Positions 19,532 to 29,844 of a stretch of DNA of 64,000 nucleotides are shown here, piece after piece. The stretch spans positions 3,072,001-3,136,000 of the forward strand of contig CAXXTU010000002.1 in assembly GCA_963662655.2 (NCBI GenBank). Reading direction: 5' to 3'. Origin of the DNA: Candidatus Cloacimonadales bacterium (GTDB taxonomy: Bacteria; Cloacimonadota; Cloacimonadia; Cloacimonadales; JAIOQZ01). Under the pieces are notes generated by a model. That model searched no databases. It was not told the origin of the DNA and saw nothing but the letters and a program-made list of their open reading frames with translations. Within the stretch, counting starts at the first letter, position 1. Every line of letters starts with the position of its first letter. The position numbers and the translations under genes were made by a program.

Positions 19532-22500
19532 ATGAAATTGTTCTCTCAATCGCAGAAAAGGAAACGATATATGCGAAGAAAAGTATCAAATAGCGGAACA
19601 CCTCGCTGGATCTGGATGTTGCTTCTGCTGACATTCTCCGCGCTGTATGCGACGGACATGGATGTCTGGATGAACGATGCCAGTGCAAACCGGCGCGAAG
19701 CTGTGCAGGTACCTGTGTATGTTTCCGATACATCCGGCTGGGACGTGTTCTCGGTCTATGCGAGAATCACGTTCGATTCCACGCTGGTAACGGTTACAAA
19801 TGTAAGTTCCGACGGCACCCTGACCGATTCATGGGGTGATCCGACATATAATCAGGCCAATGGCGGAGAGATTTCTATCTCCGCTTTCGGCACCCAGGCG
19901 CTCACCGGAGCGGGAACCCTGTTCACGATCGAATTCTGGGTTCCCGAAGGTGGTGACGCTTACACCGATCTTGTTTTCGAGCGACTCCTTCTCAACGAAG
20001 GCGGCTACGATCTCGGGGTTACCGACGGCAGTCTGACGATTACCAACCGCGTACCCTGGTTCGAAACCGTGGATGATCAGATCATCGAAGAAGAAGAATT
20101 GCTCGAACTCGACATCGTGGCGCACGATCCGCAATCGGAAAACATCACGCTCACAACCATCGATCTGCCAACCGGCGCTGGTTTCACCGACAACGGCAAT
20201 GGAGACGGCGACTTCTCCTGGCAGCCCGATCTGCTGCAAAGCGGAGCGTATACGGTGGGATTCGTCGCGGAAAACAACAGCGGTTACGCCGACACACTAT
20301 GGGTGAATATCCAGGTGGTGGAAACGCTGGATGTCTGGCTGGACGACTGGGCAATCATGCCAGGCGACACACAGCCGGTGGGAATCTACGCGAACCAGGC
20401 GACAGACCTGGAAATCTACTCGGTCTTCACGCGCATCCATACAGACCTGAGCATCGTTCGGGCGGTTGGCGCTTCGGCCGTGGGATCCTCCACCGAAGCT
20501 TGGGGCGAACCGACATGGAACGTCCTCCCGGGCGGAGACATCCTGGTTTCGCACTACGGAACCACCCCCATCGAGGGCTCCGAGCCGTTCCTCTACATCG
20601 AATTCGAGGCGACGGGGCAGCTCGAGGATCGTACCACGTTCGATTTCGTGAGCCTGATGTTCAACGAGGGCAATCCGCAGGCGACGTTGCACAATGGCAA
20701 CCTCTACGTTGGTGAGATCGGGCCGCATGTCGATCCGGTCGATCCCATCACGGCAAGCGAAGGCGACCTGGTGCAGTTCACCGTAACTGCCACCGAACCG
20801 CTTTATCAAAACATATACTACGATGCGTCCGGAGTGCCGGCAGGAGCTGATTTCATCGATAACGGCGATGGCACTGCTTCCTTCAACTGGCATACGGACG
20901 ACACTTCGGCGGGTGTCTATCAGGTCGTCGTGACTGCTGAAAACGAAGACGGGATCGAGAAGACCATCCAGGTCGATATCGAAATCCTGAACGTATATCA
21001 GTCACCCACGGTTATTGCACCGATCGGCTTGGTGGAGATCGACCAGAACGAAACCTATACGACGGTGAACCTGAACGAGGTGTTCAACGACCTCGATTCC
21101 TATCCGCTGACTTTCACCGTCTCGGGCGATCAGTATATCGATTACGTGATCAACGCCGATACGACCGTTACCTTTACACCCGAGGTGGACTGGTATGGCT
21201 TGGAAACGCTGTACATCACCGCGGAAGACGAGACAGGACTGACAGCCGTCGATCCCGTTTCGATCAAGGTGATTGGCACGCTGGACACGGTGGAGGATTT
21301 CAACCACGCCGGTCTCAACCCTACGGGCTGGACAGTCATCCACAGCGGAACCACACAGACCCCGTGGCACGCGGTTCAAGACGCTGGCGACGACTACAGC
21401 ATGCGGGTGGAGAACACGTTCTTCGCCACATCCAACGAAATGCTGAAATCTCCGGTGTACAACCTCTCCATATTTACCAGCGTCCAGGTCAGCTTCCTGC
21501 ACGACTTCTCGCCCAATTCCAACTGCAACGCGTATTTCCAGGTTTCCAACACCGGATTAACCTGGACGACGCTCGCATCCTATTCGAGTGCTACAAGCGG
21601 TGTGGTCGAGCTTACACCCGGAAATTACGTAAACCATCAGGCGTACGTTCAATTCAGGTGGTTGTTCAGCTCCAACAGTATCGATACCGCGTACTGGAAT
21701 ATCGATGATTTCTATATAACCGGTATCGTGGATGACAGTACGCCTCCCACGCGAATCACCGATCTGTCCTTCGACGGGCTGGACGGGGAAGCTGTCAAGC
21801 TGAGTTGGACGCCGTGCGAGGACCTCTATTTCTCGCACTATGAAGTGTACTGGTCAACGGACAGCGAAGTCACGACGGACGATCCGGCCTGGAACAATGA
21901 AGACGATTTGTTCCTCAACTCGATCGAAACCGATTCCACGTCCGTTTGCGGAATGCCATTCAATGCATGGTACTGGTTCGCCATTCGCGGCGTCGATACC
22001 AGCGGTAACGTGGGTGCGCTATCGAACACCGTTAGCTGTCTGCTGGCAAAGCCGCTCGAGATCATCGACCCGTATCCAGATCAGGAAACGCATGCCGGAT
22101 ACACCCTAAGAAACGCGACCATCGGCGTTACATTCGACGACGATTATCGTGTCGATCCGGCAACCCTCCAGTATCGCTTCGATGCAAACGGGAACAATGT
22201 GTATGACGCGGGGGAGACATGGCAGTCGATCATCGGCTACCTCTCTGCGGACAGCATCATTGTTCGCGTGAATGCGCTTTATCTGGTGGATGGCGACTCC
22301 CTGAAGTTCGAGTTCAGGGGTGAGGATGAAATCCAGAGTGGTATGGTCTACAGTGGAACTCAGAGCGAAGAAGGCATCGGCGACGATTACTTCGTTCGCA
22401 TCGATGCAACGCTGCCGACGACAATTGCCGATCTCGCTGTCAGCGATACGACTTCCACAAGCGTATCCCTGAGCTGGACTCCGGCAACCGATGTGCATTT

Positions 22501-23746
22501 TGAGCGCTACATCGTCTACTACGGAACCCACGACGGCATCGACGAGAGCGATGCGCAGTGGTCGGTAGCGGACGACGCGAATCTCTCGGATCAGGCGACC
22601 GCGGCAACGACTGTGACTGGCCTGCAACAAGGCATGTTCTATCGTTTCCGCATACTGGCTGTCGATACATTCGGGAATCACGCGGAGTTGTCCAATGAGG
22701 TTATCTCCATTCCTCGTGTGCTAGCGCCGATTTGCGTGAATCCGTATCCCGTACAGGATCCGGTTCCGTGGTCAACAACCGCGACTGTAACCATCGGGTG
22801 TGATTTCAGTGATTACTTCGGCATCGATCCGACCTCCGTCGAATACCGCATCGACACCAACGGAAATGGCGTTTACGACGCTGAAGAAGTATGGCAAAAC
22901 GCAGGATTGGCTGCAAGCCTTCAATCCTCTGGGCAACGGGTGGACCCCGATACGCTTCACGCGCGTGTGGATGTAACTTACTCCGCACAGGGTGAAGGAC
23001 TGTATTACGAGCTCCGCGCTTGGGACATTGATGGATACGGCCCGACATACAGCGGCTCGTCTTCATCCGAAGGCATTGGGGACGACTGGGCGGTTCGCAT
23101 CGATACAACCCCGCCAACATCGATTGGCGCGGCTGCTACAGGTTCCGTGACAAGCCAGAGCATCGAAGTGCTGTGGCTGATTAGCTCGGACCAGTTCTTC
23201 CAGGGCTATCAAGTATTCTACGATACCGAGCCTGGCGTCACGACGGATGATTCCGTGTGGGACTGGACCAATGACGGCAATCTGCAAAATCCGGGTTTTG
23301 GACACGTCTCGTCCAGTGTTACCGGGTTGCTCCCCGGACGAACCTATTACTTCCGCATACGGGCTATTGATGAGGCTGGAAATGCCTGCCCGTTGTCGAT
23401 AGAGGTGAACGGTTCGACCGATAGCGAGTTTGCGCCGCTTGCCCCGCAGAATATCGTGATAGCTACCTCCGGAAACGACGTGACAATCAGTTGGGAGCCG
23501 GTTACCGCGAATACGAACGGCGATCCGGTAAGCATCGGAGCGTACAACATCTATGTCGCCGATGTGCCGGAGTTCCCTGCGAACGCGGGTTACCTGATGA
23601 GTTCCGTTTCAACGACGTCGTTCACCCATCCGAGCGTTCTGACGGTCGCCGATCACATCTATTACAAGATTACGGCGGTGGAAGCGACGCGGGAAACGAG
23701 AACCGATGAGCAGACGGCAAGGAAGTTGCTGAATCTGAAAGAGTAA
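19532..23746 (+). CDS. large secreted scaffold-like protein: two cohesins, Ig (He_PIG-like) repeats, three FN3 domains; start may be 19571
   Basis: Two cohesin-like units ('V.V...FSVYARITFD...GTL...F'), repeats 'LP.GA.F.DNG.G...F.W', three FN3-like units ('L.W....D..F..Y.VY.....Y.F.I.A.D..GN'). Confidence 0.75.
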   Translation: MKLFSQSQKRKRYMRRKVSNSGTPRWIWMLLLLTFSALYATDMDVWMNDASANRREAVQVPVYVSDTSGWDVFSVYARITFDSTLVTVTNVSSDGTLTDSWGDPTYNQANGGEISISAFGTQALTGAGTLFTIEFWVPEGGDAYTDLVFERLLLNEGGYDLGVTDGSLTITNRVPWFETVDDQIIEEEELLELDIVAHDPQSENITLTTIDLPTGAGFTDNGNGDGDFSWQPDLLQSGAYTVGFVAENNSGYADTLWVNIQVVETLDVWLDDWAIMPGDTQPVGIYANQATDLEIYSVFTRIHTDLSIVRAVGASAVGSSTEAWGEPTWNVLPGGDILVSHYGTTPIEGSEPFLYIEFEATGQLEDRTTFDFVSLMFNEGNPQATLHNGNLYVGEIGPHVDPVDPITASEGDLVQFTVTATEPLYQNIYYDASGVPAGADFIDNGDGTASFNWHTDDTSAGVYQVVVTAENEDGIEKTIQVDIEILNVYQSPTVIAPIGLVEIDQNETYTTVNLNEVFNDLDSYPLTFTVSGDQYIDYVINADTTVTFTPEVDWYGLETLYITAEDETGLTAVDPVSIKVIGTLDTVEDFNHAGLNPTGWTVIHSGTTQTPWHAVQDAGDDYSMRVENTFFATSNEMLKSPVYNLSIFTSVQVSFLHDFSPNSNCNAYFQVSNTGLTWTTLASYSSATSGVVELTPGNYVNHQAYVQFRWLFSSNSIDTAYWNIDDFYITGIVDDSTPPTRITDLSFDGLDGEAVKLSWTPCEDLYFSHYEVYWSTDSEVTTDDPAWNNEDDLFLNSIETDSTSVCGMPFNAWYWFAIRGVDTSGNVGALSNTVSCLLAKPLEIIDPYPDQETHAGYTLRNATIGVTFDDDYRVDPATLQYRFDANGNNVYDAGETWQSIIGYLSADSIIVRVNALYLVDGDSLKFEFRGEDEIQSGMVYSGTQSEEGIGDDYFVRIDATLPTTIADLAVSDTTSTSVSLSWTPATDVHFERYIVYYGTHDGIDESDAQWSVADDANLSDQATAATTVTGLQQGMFYRFRILAVDTFGNHAELSNEVISIPRVLAPICVNPYPVQDPVPWSTTATVTIGCDFSDYFGIDPTSVEYRIDTNGNGVYDAEEVWQNAGLAASLQSSGQRVDPDTLHARVDVTYSAQGEGLYYELRAWDIDGYGPTYSGSSSSEGIGDDWAVRIDTTPPTSIGAAATGSVTSQSIEVLWLISSDQFFQGYQVFYDTEPGVTTDDSVWDWTNDGNLQNPGFGHVSSSVTGLLPGRTYYFRIRAIDEAGNACPLSIEVNGSTDSEFAPLAPQNIVIATSGNDVTISWEPVTANTNGDPVSIGAYNIYVADVPEFPANAGYLMSSVSTTSFTHPSVLTVADHIYYKITAVEATRETRTDEQTARKLLNLKE

Positions 23747-23795
23747 ATTACGAAACAAATACGTGGCGGTACCTTTTCCCGCTCAGGATATGGAC

Positions 23796-23822
23796 AAAGC
23801 CAGCGGACCCCCGCTGGCTTTG
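23796..23822 (+). terminator. probable (bidirectional) intrinsic terminator
   Basis: AAAGCCAGCGG-loop-CCGCTGGCTTTT downstream of the 19532-23746 ORF. Confidence 0.65.
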
Positions 23823-23882
23823 CCGCTGTAACACGATTCCCCGAGTCAATAACCACCACATTCCCGAATCACTCCTTGCAAA

Positions 23883-24008
23883 GGCGGGAGCAGATTCGTT
23901 CGATCTGACGCGAGAACGTGGTGTTATGCACCTTATCATCTCGTTCGATAGCTCAAAGGTGCATTATATCCACGTTGGAGCGGCATGATCGGGCGAAGGT
24001 GCCACGCC
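23883..24008 (+). repeat. dispersed rod-like hairpin element, copy 2 (126 nt)
   Basis: GGCGGGAGCAGATTCGTTCGATC...CGTGGTGTTATGCACC...GGTGCATTATATCCACG...GATCGGGCGAAGGTGCCACGCC. Confidence 0.85.
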
Positions 24009-24074
24009 GCAATCCAGTAGCACAATTTCAAATAAAAACATTGCCGAAAATACATCGCTCAAGAGAATGGAATT

Positions 24075-24716
24075 ATGCTGGAAATATTGAACTCATTCTT
24101 GGAAAAGTACCGGTTGATCCGGGGACGCAGACTCCTGATGAAGGGGCATGCCCATAAAGCGCTCGATTACTTCGAGAAAATCGTCGTGCAGAATCCTTGC
24201 GACCAGAATCTCTTCATGCTCTCGCTCGCGCTGGTTGCGCTCAATCGCTACAAGGAAGCGGAGAAGCATCTGGAGACTGTCTACAACGCGCACGGCCAAA
24301 ACGAGCTCGTGCTTCTCTCGTACGCCGAGTGCCTTACCATGCTGCGTAAATGGGACAGCGCCGAAGTCGTGTTTGCTCAGCTTACACGGTTGCAGCCGGA
24401 TTATCCACGCTATCGCGAGTATCTCGATATGATCCGGGATTCGGTAAAGCGCGATCGCTTTGTGATCTCTCGTGAATTCTACGCGAAAGCACAGCTTCAG
24501 GTGGAAGAAAAGCTATACGAGCAAGCGCTGGATAACCTGATGAAAGCGCACCAAGTCGACCCGGAAAACGCTACGGTGGTCAACAATATTGGGTCAGTAC
24601 TGCTACTGATGAGAAAGCCGGCAAGCGAAGCGCTCGAGTGGTTCGAGAAAGCCCTTGCGCTCGATCCCGAGAACCACCGATTCCGCGAGAATCTTCAACA
24701 CATCAAGCGAAAATAA
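24075..24716 (+). CDS. tetratricopeptide repeat protein
   Basis: TPR patterns 'A...FEKALALDPEN', 'NNIGSVLL'. Confidence 0.8.
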   Translation: MLEILNSFLEKYRLIRGRRLLMKGHAHKALDYFEKIVVQNPCDQNLFMLSLALVALNRYKEAEKHLETVYNAHGQNELVLLSYAECLTMLRKWDSAEVVFAQLTRLQPDYPRYREYLDMIRDSVKRDRFVISREFYAKAQLQVEEKLYEQALDNLMKAHQVDPENATVVNNIGSVLLLMRKPASEALEWFEKALALDPENHRFRENLQHIKRK

Positions 24717-24725
24717 TATCGTCAG

Positions 24726-25214
24726 ATGAAACAGCCTTTTGTAAGATTCCTGCTGATTGTTTTCCTCATCGTATTCTTGATTCTGAACCCGCTCTCAACG
24801 CGTCTGATGACCCTCGGTACTGCGCTTTTCTATAAGCTCGAGCCAACCTATTTCTACCGGATGATCGGCGCGGAAAGCTCGTTCCTGTTCTGGGCGCATT
24901 CCCACAAAGACGCCATTGGCTTGGGCCAGGTGAAGGAAGAAACTGCCCGGTATATATTTCCCGGATTCCCCCGGTTGTTGCTATGGTTCCCCCCGGCAAA
25001 CCTGCAAATCTCCGCCACCTATCTGAAATACCTCCTCAAACGCTACAACAACAACTGGAGTATTGCGTTAGCCGCCTACAACTGGGGTGAGACGAACGTC
25101 GATCGAACGCTGAGAGATAACGGCGTAACTGTAGAAAAAACAAAGGACTACCGTTACCTCTTCTCGAATATCCCGGAAACCAGTAAATTCCTGAACAAGA
25201 TTATGCAGAAGTAA
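24726..25214 (+). CDS. lytic transglycosylase (SLT domain) with N-terminal membrane anchor
   Basis: 'AESSF', 'AIGLGQV...TA', 'ALAAYNWG', 'PET..F'. Confidence 0.85.
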   Translation: MKQPFVRFLLIVFLIVFLILNPLSTRLMTLGTALFYKLEPTYFYRMIGAESSFLFWAHSHKDAIGLGQVKEETARYIFPGFPRLLLWFPPANLQISATYLKYLLKRYNNNWSIALAAYNWGETNVDRTLRDNGVTVEKTKDYRYLFSNIPETSKFLNKIMQK

Positions 25215-25318
25215 ACGAAGTCTCGGTTTTGAGTGGTCTGAGAATTGCATAAATATCGATGAAATATATGAAATAGGGAAGTTTTTGCCGGTTGCTGAGC
25301 AACCGAAGGAAATAATTC

Positions 25319-26386
25319 ATGGCGGACGAAGCACAAGAAAAAACTGAGAAACCTACCCCGCGACGCAAAAGCAAGGCGAGGAAGGACGGCAACGTAGCGC
25401 AGAGCCAGGAGGTTCACACAGCCTTCTTTCTGTTTCTGATGTTGCTCTATTTCAGTCTGATGGGCGGCTGGATGATGTCGCAGTTCCAGCTGCACACCGA
25501 TCTGATGCTTCGAGCCATCGGGACGCCAATTACGTTCCTGAGCATACGGGAAATCTACGTCCAGGCAATCAAGTACCTTTTCGTCGTCTTCGCGCCCATC
25601 TCCCTCGTTCTGCTTGTGTCGGCGTTTGTCAGCTCATTCGTCCAGTTCGGCTGGCTCTTCTCGACAAACTCCCTCAAGCTGAAGTGGAATTCCGTGTTCA
25701 ACTTTAAAAACCAGTTCAAGAACATGTTCTCCATGGAAGCGCTTCAGCGACTGGTGAAGAGCGTTCTCAAGCTGGTGATCCTTCTGTTTATCGCCTACAT
25801 GACCGTTCGCCCGAAGTTGCAGGCCTTTATGGCGCTACCGGATATGGAAGTCGCGCAGATTTTCGCGTTTGCCGGAAAGCTGGTTCTGAAGCTCCTTCTG
25901 AACATTCTCATCGCATATATCTTCATCGCAATTGCCGATTTTGCCGTGACGCACTACCTGCACACCAAGAAATTGAAGATGTCGAAATCGGAAGTGAAAG
26001 ACGAGCGTCGGCAGATGGAAGGCGACCCGCAAGTAAAGAACAAGATTCGTCAGCTCATGTTCCAGACGACACTCAAGCGCATGATGGAAAAGGTTCCCGA
26101 AGCCGATGTGGTCATTACAAACCCGATCCATCTGGCGGTGGCGATCCGCTACAACATCCACCAGGACGACGCGCCGGTTGTCGTAGCAAAAGGCAAGAGA
26201 CTTATCGCGGAGCGCATCAAGGAACTGGCGCGACAAAACAATATCCCCATCGTGGAAGATAAACCACTGGCAAGGTTGCTGTTCAAGACGACCCAAATCG
26301 GTCAGCAGATCAGCGTGGAGCTTTACGGAGCGGTCGCTGAAATCCTTGCCTATGTATACAACATGAAGAAAAAGCGAGTGATCTGA
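25319..26386 (+). CDS. flhB: flagellar export apparatus protein FlhB
   Basis: 'EKTEKPTPRR...AR.DG.VA.S.E', four TM segments, 'LKMSK.EVKDE...EGDP..K', autocleavage motif variant NPIH, 'AVAEILAYVY'. Confidence 0.93.
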   Translation: MADEAQEKTEKPTPRRKSKARKDGNVAQSQEVHTAFFLFLMLLYFSLMGGWMMSQFQLHTDLMLRAIGTPITFLSIREIYVQAIKYLFVVFAPISLVLLVSAFVSSFVQFGWLFSTNSLKLKWNSVFNFKNQFKNMFSMEALQRLVKSVLKLVILLFIAYMTVRPKLQAFMALPDMEVAQIFAFAGKLVLKLLLNILIAYIFIAIADFAVTHYLHTKKLKMSKSEVKDERRQMEGDPQVKNKIRQLMFQTTLKRMMEKVPEADVVITNPIHLAVAIRYNIHQDDAPVVVAKGKRLIAERIKELARQNNIPIVEDKPLARLLFKTTQIGQQISVELYGAVAEILAYVYNMKKKRVI

Positions 26387-26387
26387 T

Positions 26388-28472
26388 ATGCTGGACACAA
26401 AGTCTGATCTTCAAGCCAAACTGGCGCGCAAAAGCGACTTCATGGTCGGTGCCGGGATCGTCCTGATCCTGCTGGTCATGATGGTCCCAATGCCCAAGCT
26501 GTTAATCGACATACTCCTGGTGTTCAACTTCATGATGGCGTTCATCATCCTGCTGGCGCCCATCTACATCCTCAGGCCGAGCGAATTTTCCGTCTTTCCC
26601 GGATTGCTCTTGGTCATTACGTTGTTCAGGCTTTCGCTCAACGTGGCCACGACGCGCCTCATCCTGGGCGAAGCGGACGCCGGCGCTATCATCCAGGCGT
26701 TCGGTTCATTCCTGATTCGCGGTAACTACATCGTCGGCCTGATCATCTTCTTGATCCTGTTCATCATCAACTTCAAGGTTATCACCGCCGGTTCCAGCCG
26801 CGTGGCTGAAGTTGCCGCCCGTTTCACTTTGGACGCGATGCCCGGTAAGCAGATGGCTGTCGACGCCGACCTGAACAACGGGATCATCACCGAAGCGGAA
26901 GCACGCAAGATGCGAGACGACATCCGTCGCGACGGAGATTTCTACGGAGCGATGGACGGTGCCGCCAAGTTCGTGAAAGGCGACGCCACCGCCGGACTCA
27001 TCATCACCGTCCTGAACATCATCGGCGGTATCATCATCGGTATGGTTCAATTGAAGATGACTCTTGTGAATGCGCTCCAGACCTATACGATCCTGACGGT
27101 CGGTGACGGACTCGTGGCGCAGATTCCCGCGATTCTCATCTCCTCCGCGACCGGTATCATCGTTACACGTGCCGGCACGAAATCGAACCTCGGCGAAGAG
27201 TTGATCACGCAGGTTTTCAACGAGCCCAAAGCGCTCTATGTGTCCGCAGCGGTGATCGTCCTCTTCGGATTTGTACCCGGAATGCCGTGGTACCTCTTCG
27301 GGCCCATGGGTTTGGGACTCGGGCTTTTTGCCTGGTTCCTCGGGAAATCGATGAAGATGAAGCAGGAAGAAGACGAGCAGGTCGAAGTCCCGGTCGAAGC
27401 CGAGCCGCAGGGTCCTCCGGACATGAGCGAGTACCTTCAGGTCGATGCTCTCGAGCTGGAAATCGGGTACAGCCTCATCTCCCTCGTGGACGAGAACCAG
27501 AAGGGAGATTTGCTGGATCGCATCACCAGCCTGCGAAAACAGATCGCGCTGGAGATTGGTATTATTGTTCCGCCCATTCGCGTTCGTGACAACATTTCGC
27601 TGGTTCCGAACCAGTATCTGATAAAAATTCGCGGTGAGCAGATCAGCTCCGGCGATTGTCTCGTAAACCACTTCCTGGCGCTCGATCCGGGAACCGTCGA
27701 AAAGCCCATCAAGGGCATCGAAACCCGAGAACCCGCATTCGGGCTTCCGGCAATCTGGATTTCGGAAGACAAGAAGGATATCGCCGAGATGCACGGCTAC
27801 ACGGTGATCGAACCCGCCGCGATGATCGCGACTCACATTTCCGAGATTGTTAAGTCCGGCGCGGATCAGATCATTACCCGCCAGGATGTCCAGAAGCTGC
27901 TGGAAAACGTCAAGAAGGACAATGAAGCGGTGGTCAACGAACTCGTACCCGGCATGCTCTCCATCGGCGCGGTCGAGCAGGTTCTCAAGAACCTCCTGCA
28001 CGAAGGCGTCCCCATCCGCGATATGGTGACCATCCTCGAAACGCTCGCGGACTACGCGCCGTTCGTCAAAGACGTCGACTCGCTTACCGAATATGTCCGC
28101 TACGCCCTGGCGCGGACGATTGCCCGAAGGTTCATCGCCAGCGACGGCACAGTCTATGGAATCACGCTTTCGCCGCAACTGGAGCAGCTTATCAACGACG
28201 TCGTGCAGCGCAACAAGCAGAAGCCCGGGCAGGTGAGTATCCCGCCGAACATCGTCAATTCCATGTACGACGACCTCGCCCAGGCAGTCAAGGAGATGAA
28301 CCGGACCGGTCTCCAGCCGTTGTTGATGGTAGCTCCGTCCATACGGCGGTATGTAAAACGGCTGATCGAACCCGCCATCGCGACCCTGCCGGTGATTTCG
28401 TTCAACGAGATTCCCACCCACATCCCGCTGCAATCCCGCATACAGGTCGATCTGGACCCGAAAGCGGCGTAG
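26388..28472 (+). CDS. flhA: flagellar export apparatus protein FlhA
   Basis: 'FSVFP.LLL..TLFRLSLNVATTRLIL', 'RVAEVAARFTLDAMPGKQMA.DADL', 'FYGAMDGAAKFVKGD', 'LELEIGYSLI.LVD', 'T.EPAFGLPA.WI'. Confidence 0.95.
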   Translation: MLDTKSDLQAKLARKSDFMVGAGIVLILLVMMVPMPKLLIDILLVFNFMMAFIILLAPIYILRPSEFSVFPGLLLVITLFRLSLNVATTRLILGEADAGAIIQAFGSFLIRGNYIVGLIIFLILFIINFKVITAGSSRVAEVAARFTLDAMPGKQMAVDADLNNGIITEAEARKMRDDIRRDGDFYGAMDGAAKFVKGDATAGLIITVLNIIGGIIIGMVQLKMTLVNALQTYTILTVGDGLVAQIPAILISSATGIIVTRAGTKSNLGEELITQVFNEPKALYVSAAVIVLFGFVPGMPWYLFGPMGLGLGLFAWFLGKSMKMKQEEDEQVEVPVEAEPQGPPDMSEYLQVDALELEIGYSLISLVDENQKGDLLDRITSLRKQIALEIGIIVPPIRVRDNISLVPNQYLIKIRGEQISSGDCLVNHFLALDPGTVEKPIKGIETREPAFGLPAIWISEDKKDIAEMHGYTVIEPAAMIATHISEIVKSGADQIITRQDVQKLLENVKKDNEAVVNELVPGMLSIGAVEQVLKNLLHEGVPIRDMVTILETLADYAPFVKDVDSLTEYVRYALARTIARRFIASDGTVYGITLSPQLEQLINDVVQRNKQKPGQVSIPPNIVNSMYDDLAQAVKEMNRTGLQPLLMVAPSIRRYVKRLIEPAIATLPVISFNEIPTHIPLQSRIQVDLDPKAA

Positions 28473-28572
28473 GGAAGAGGAAATCGGAGACGAATTGTCA
28501 CGCTGAGTTGCTTCTGTGACATCGGATATACCTAGTGTCTTTTTATATGTTGTGCTGGTCCCATTTTCGTTG

Positions 28573-28597
28573 TGTCATGCTGAGCGGAGTCGAAGCA
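28573..28597 (+). repeat. short REP-like repeat TGTCAYSCTGAGCGNAGTCGAAG (partial copy also at 28496-28507)
   Basis: TGTCATGCTGAGCGGAGTCGAAGCA; same motif at 52780-52805 and 63292-63316. Confidence 0.75.
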
Positions 28598-28639
28598 TAA
28601 AAAATCCCCCCCCCTCCAATTTAAAAGCGAGCCCTGATA

Positions 28640-28821
28640 GACGCGAGCAGATTCGTTCGATCGTCCGCGCAGGCGTGGTGTTGCACGTCGAAAATTCTGC
28701 TTTCGTGTAACGAAAACGATATCTTCGAACGAAAGTTTTTTGCGGAGCGAAATAACGAGAGTGGATTTATAGACGTGCTATATCCACGCTGGAGCGGAAG
28801 ATCGGGCGAAGATGCCGTGTC
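28640..28821 (+). repeat. dispersed rod-like hairpin element, copy 3 (182 nt, with central insert)
   Basis: GACGCGAGCAGATTCGTTCGATC...CGTGGTGTTGCACGTC...GACGTGCTATATCCACG...GATCGGGCGAAGATGCCGTGTC. Confidence 0.85.
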
Positions 28822-28827
28822 GTTCGG

Positions 28828-29844
28828 CTATATCAGGCGGATCCCTTTCGTTGAAAAGGCGTTCAGGTTGAGGTCGGCGAAATCTTCCTGCTTGTACTTC
28901 TCGATGGCTGCGATGGCGATCATGGCCGCGTTGTCCGTGCAGTAAACCGGAGCGGGAATGTACAGTTCAGCGTCCATTTTACGGGCGGCTTTTTGCATCT
29001 CGAACCGCAATAAGCTGTTCGCGGTTACGCCTCCGGCCAGCAGGATTCGCTTGATCTTGTTCTGGCGCGCAAACCGGACAGTTTTCTTCACCAGAGGTTC
29101 TACGATCGCAGCTTGAACGGATGCGGCGATGTCGCTGCGATGCTGCTCGATGAATTCCGGCGTGTTTTTTTCTATGTATTGCATGGCGGCTGTCTTCATG
29201 CCGCTGTAGCTGAAATGGAAGTTGTCATTCTGATCGAGCGCTCGTGGAAAGCGATAGAACTTTGGATCGCCGTTTTTCGCTGCCTTGTCGATGGCCGGTC
29301 CCCCCGGATACCCGAGATCGAGGATCTTCGCAATCTTGTCGAACGCCTCGCCGGCAGCATCGTCCAGTGTCTGCCCGATCAATCGGTAGTCGCTTTCGTC
29401 ATGGAACCAGACCAACTCCGTGTGACCACCCGAGACGACAAGTGCGAGATAGGGAGGCTTCAACTCTGGATGCTCGATTCGGTTCGCGTTGATATGCCCG
29501 ATCATGTGGTTAACCGCAATGAGCGGAATACCGAGTCCCCACGCATAGCTTTTTGCGAAGGATACGCCCACCAGCAACGCACCGATCAAGCCGGGATTGA
29601 CCGATACGGCCACCGCGCAGAGCTCTTCGGGCCTGGTGCCCGATTCTTCCAGCGCTCTTTGCACGATGGGCATGATGTTTTTGAGATGAACGCGTGAAGC
29701 CAGTTCCGGCACCACGCCACCGTACAATTTATGTACTTCCTGCGAGGACACGATATTCGCGTGGACCTTGTAGTCAAGATCGACGATCGAGGCCGACGTG
29801 TCATCGCATGAGGTTTCGATTCCGAGAATCTTAGTCCGTTTCAA
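28828..29844 (-). CDS. tsaD: tRNA N6-threonylcarbamoyltransferase TsaD (probable TTG start at 29844)
   Basis: 'ILGIETSCDDT', 'GGVVPELASR.H', 'NHMIGH', 'VSGGHT', 'DDAAGEAFDK', 'CTDNAAMIA'. Confidence 0.96.
   Translation of the reverse strand: MKRTKILGIETSCDDTSASIVDLDYKVHANIVSSQEVHKLYGGVVPELASRVHLKNIMPIVQRALEESGTRPEELCAVAVSVNPGLIGALLVGVSFAKSYAWGLGIPLIAVNHMIGHINANRIEHPELKPPYLALVVSGGHTELVWFHDESDYRLIGQTLDDAAGEAFDKIAKILDLGYPGGPAIDKAAKNGDPKFYRFPRALDQNDNFHFSYSGMKTAAMQYIEKNTPEFIEQHRSDIAASVQAAIVEPLVKKTVRFARQNKIKRILLAGGVTANSLLRFEMQKAARKMDAELYIPAPVYCTDNAAMIAIAAIEKYKQEDFADLNLNAFSTKGIRLI

Noticed and set aside
26706..28433. Long antisense ORFs (also 47265-48602, 48604-49803, 53675-54802, 10639-11715)
   Set aside because: Shadows of well-supported genes in GC-rich, codon-biased DNA; no recognisable motifs.
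25319..28472. Injectisome SctU/SctV
   Set aside because: Sequence features ('LELEIGY.LI.LVD', 'EPAFGLPA.WI') and the flhB-flhA order fit the flagellar proteins; no other T3SS genes are present.
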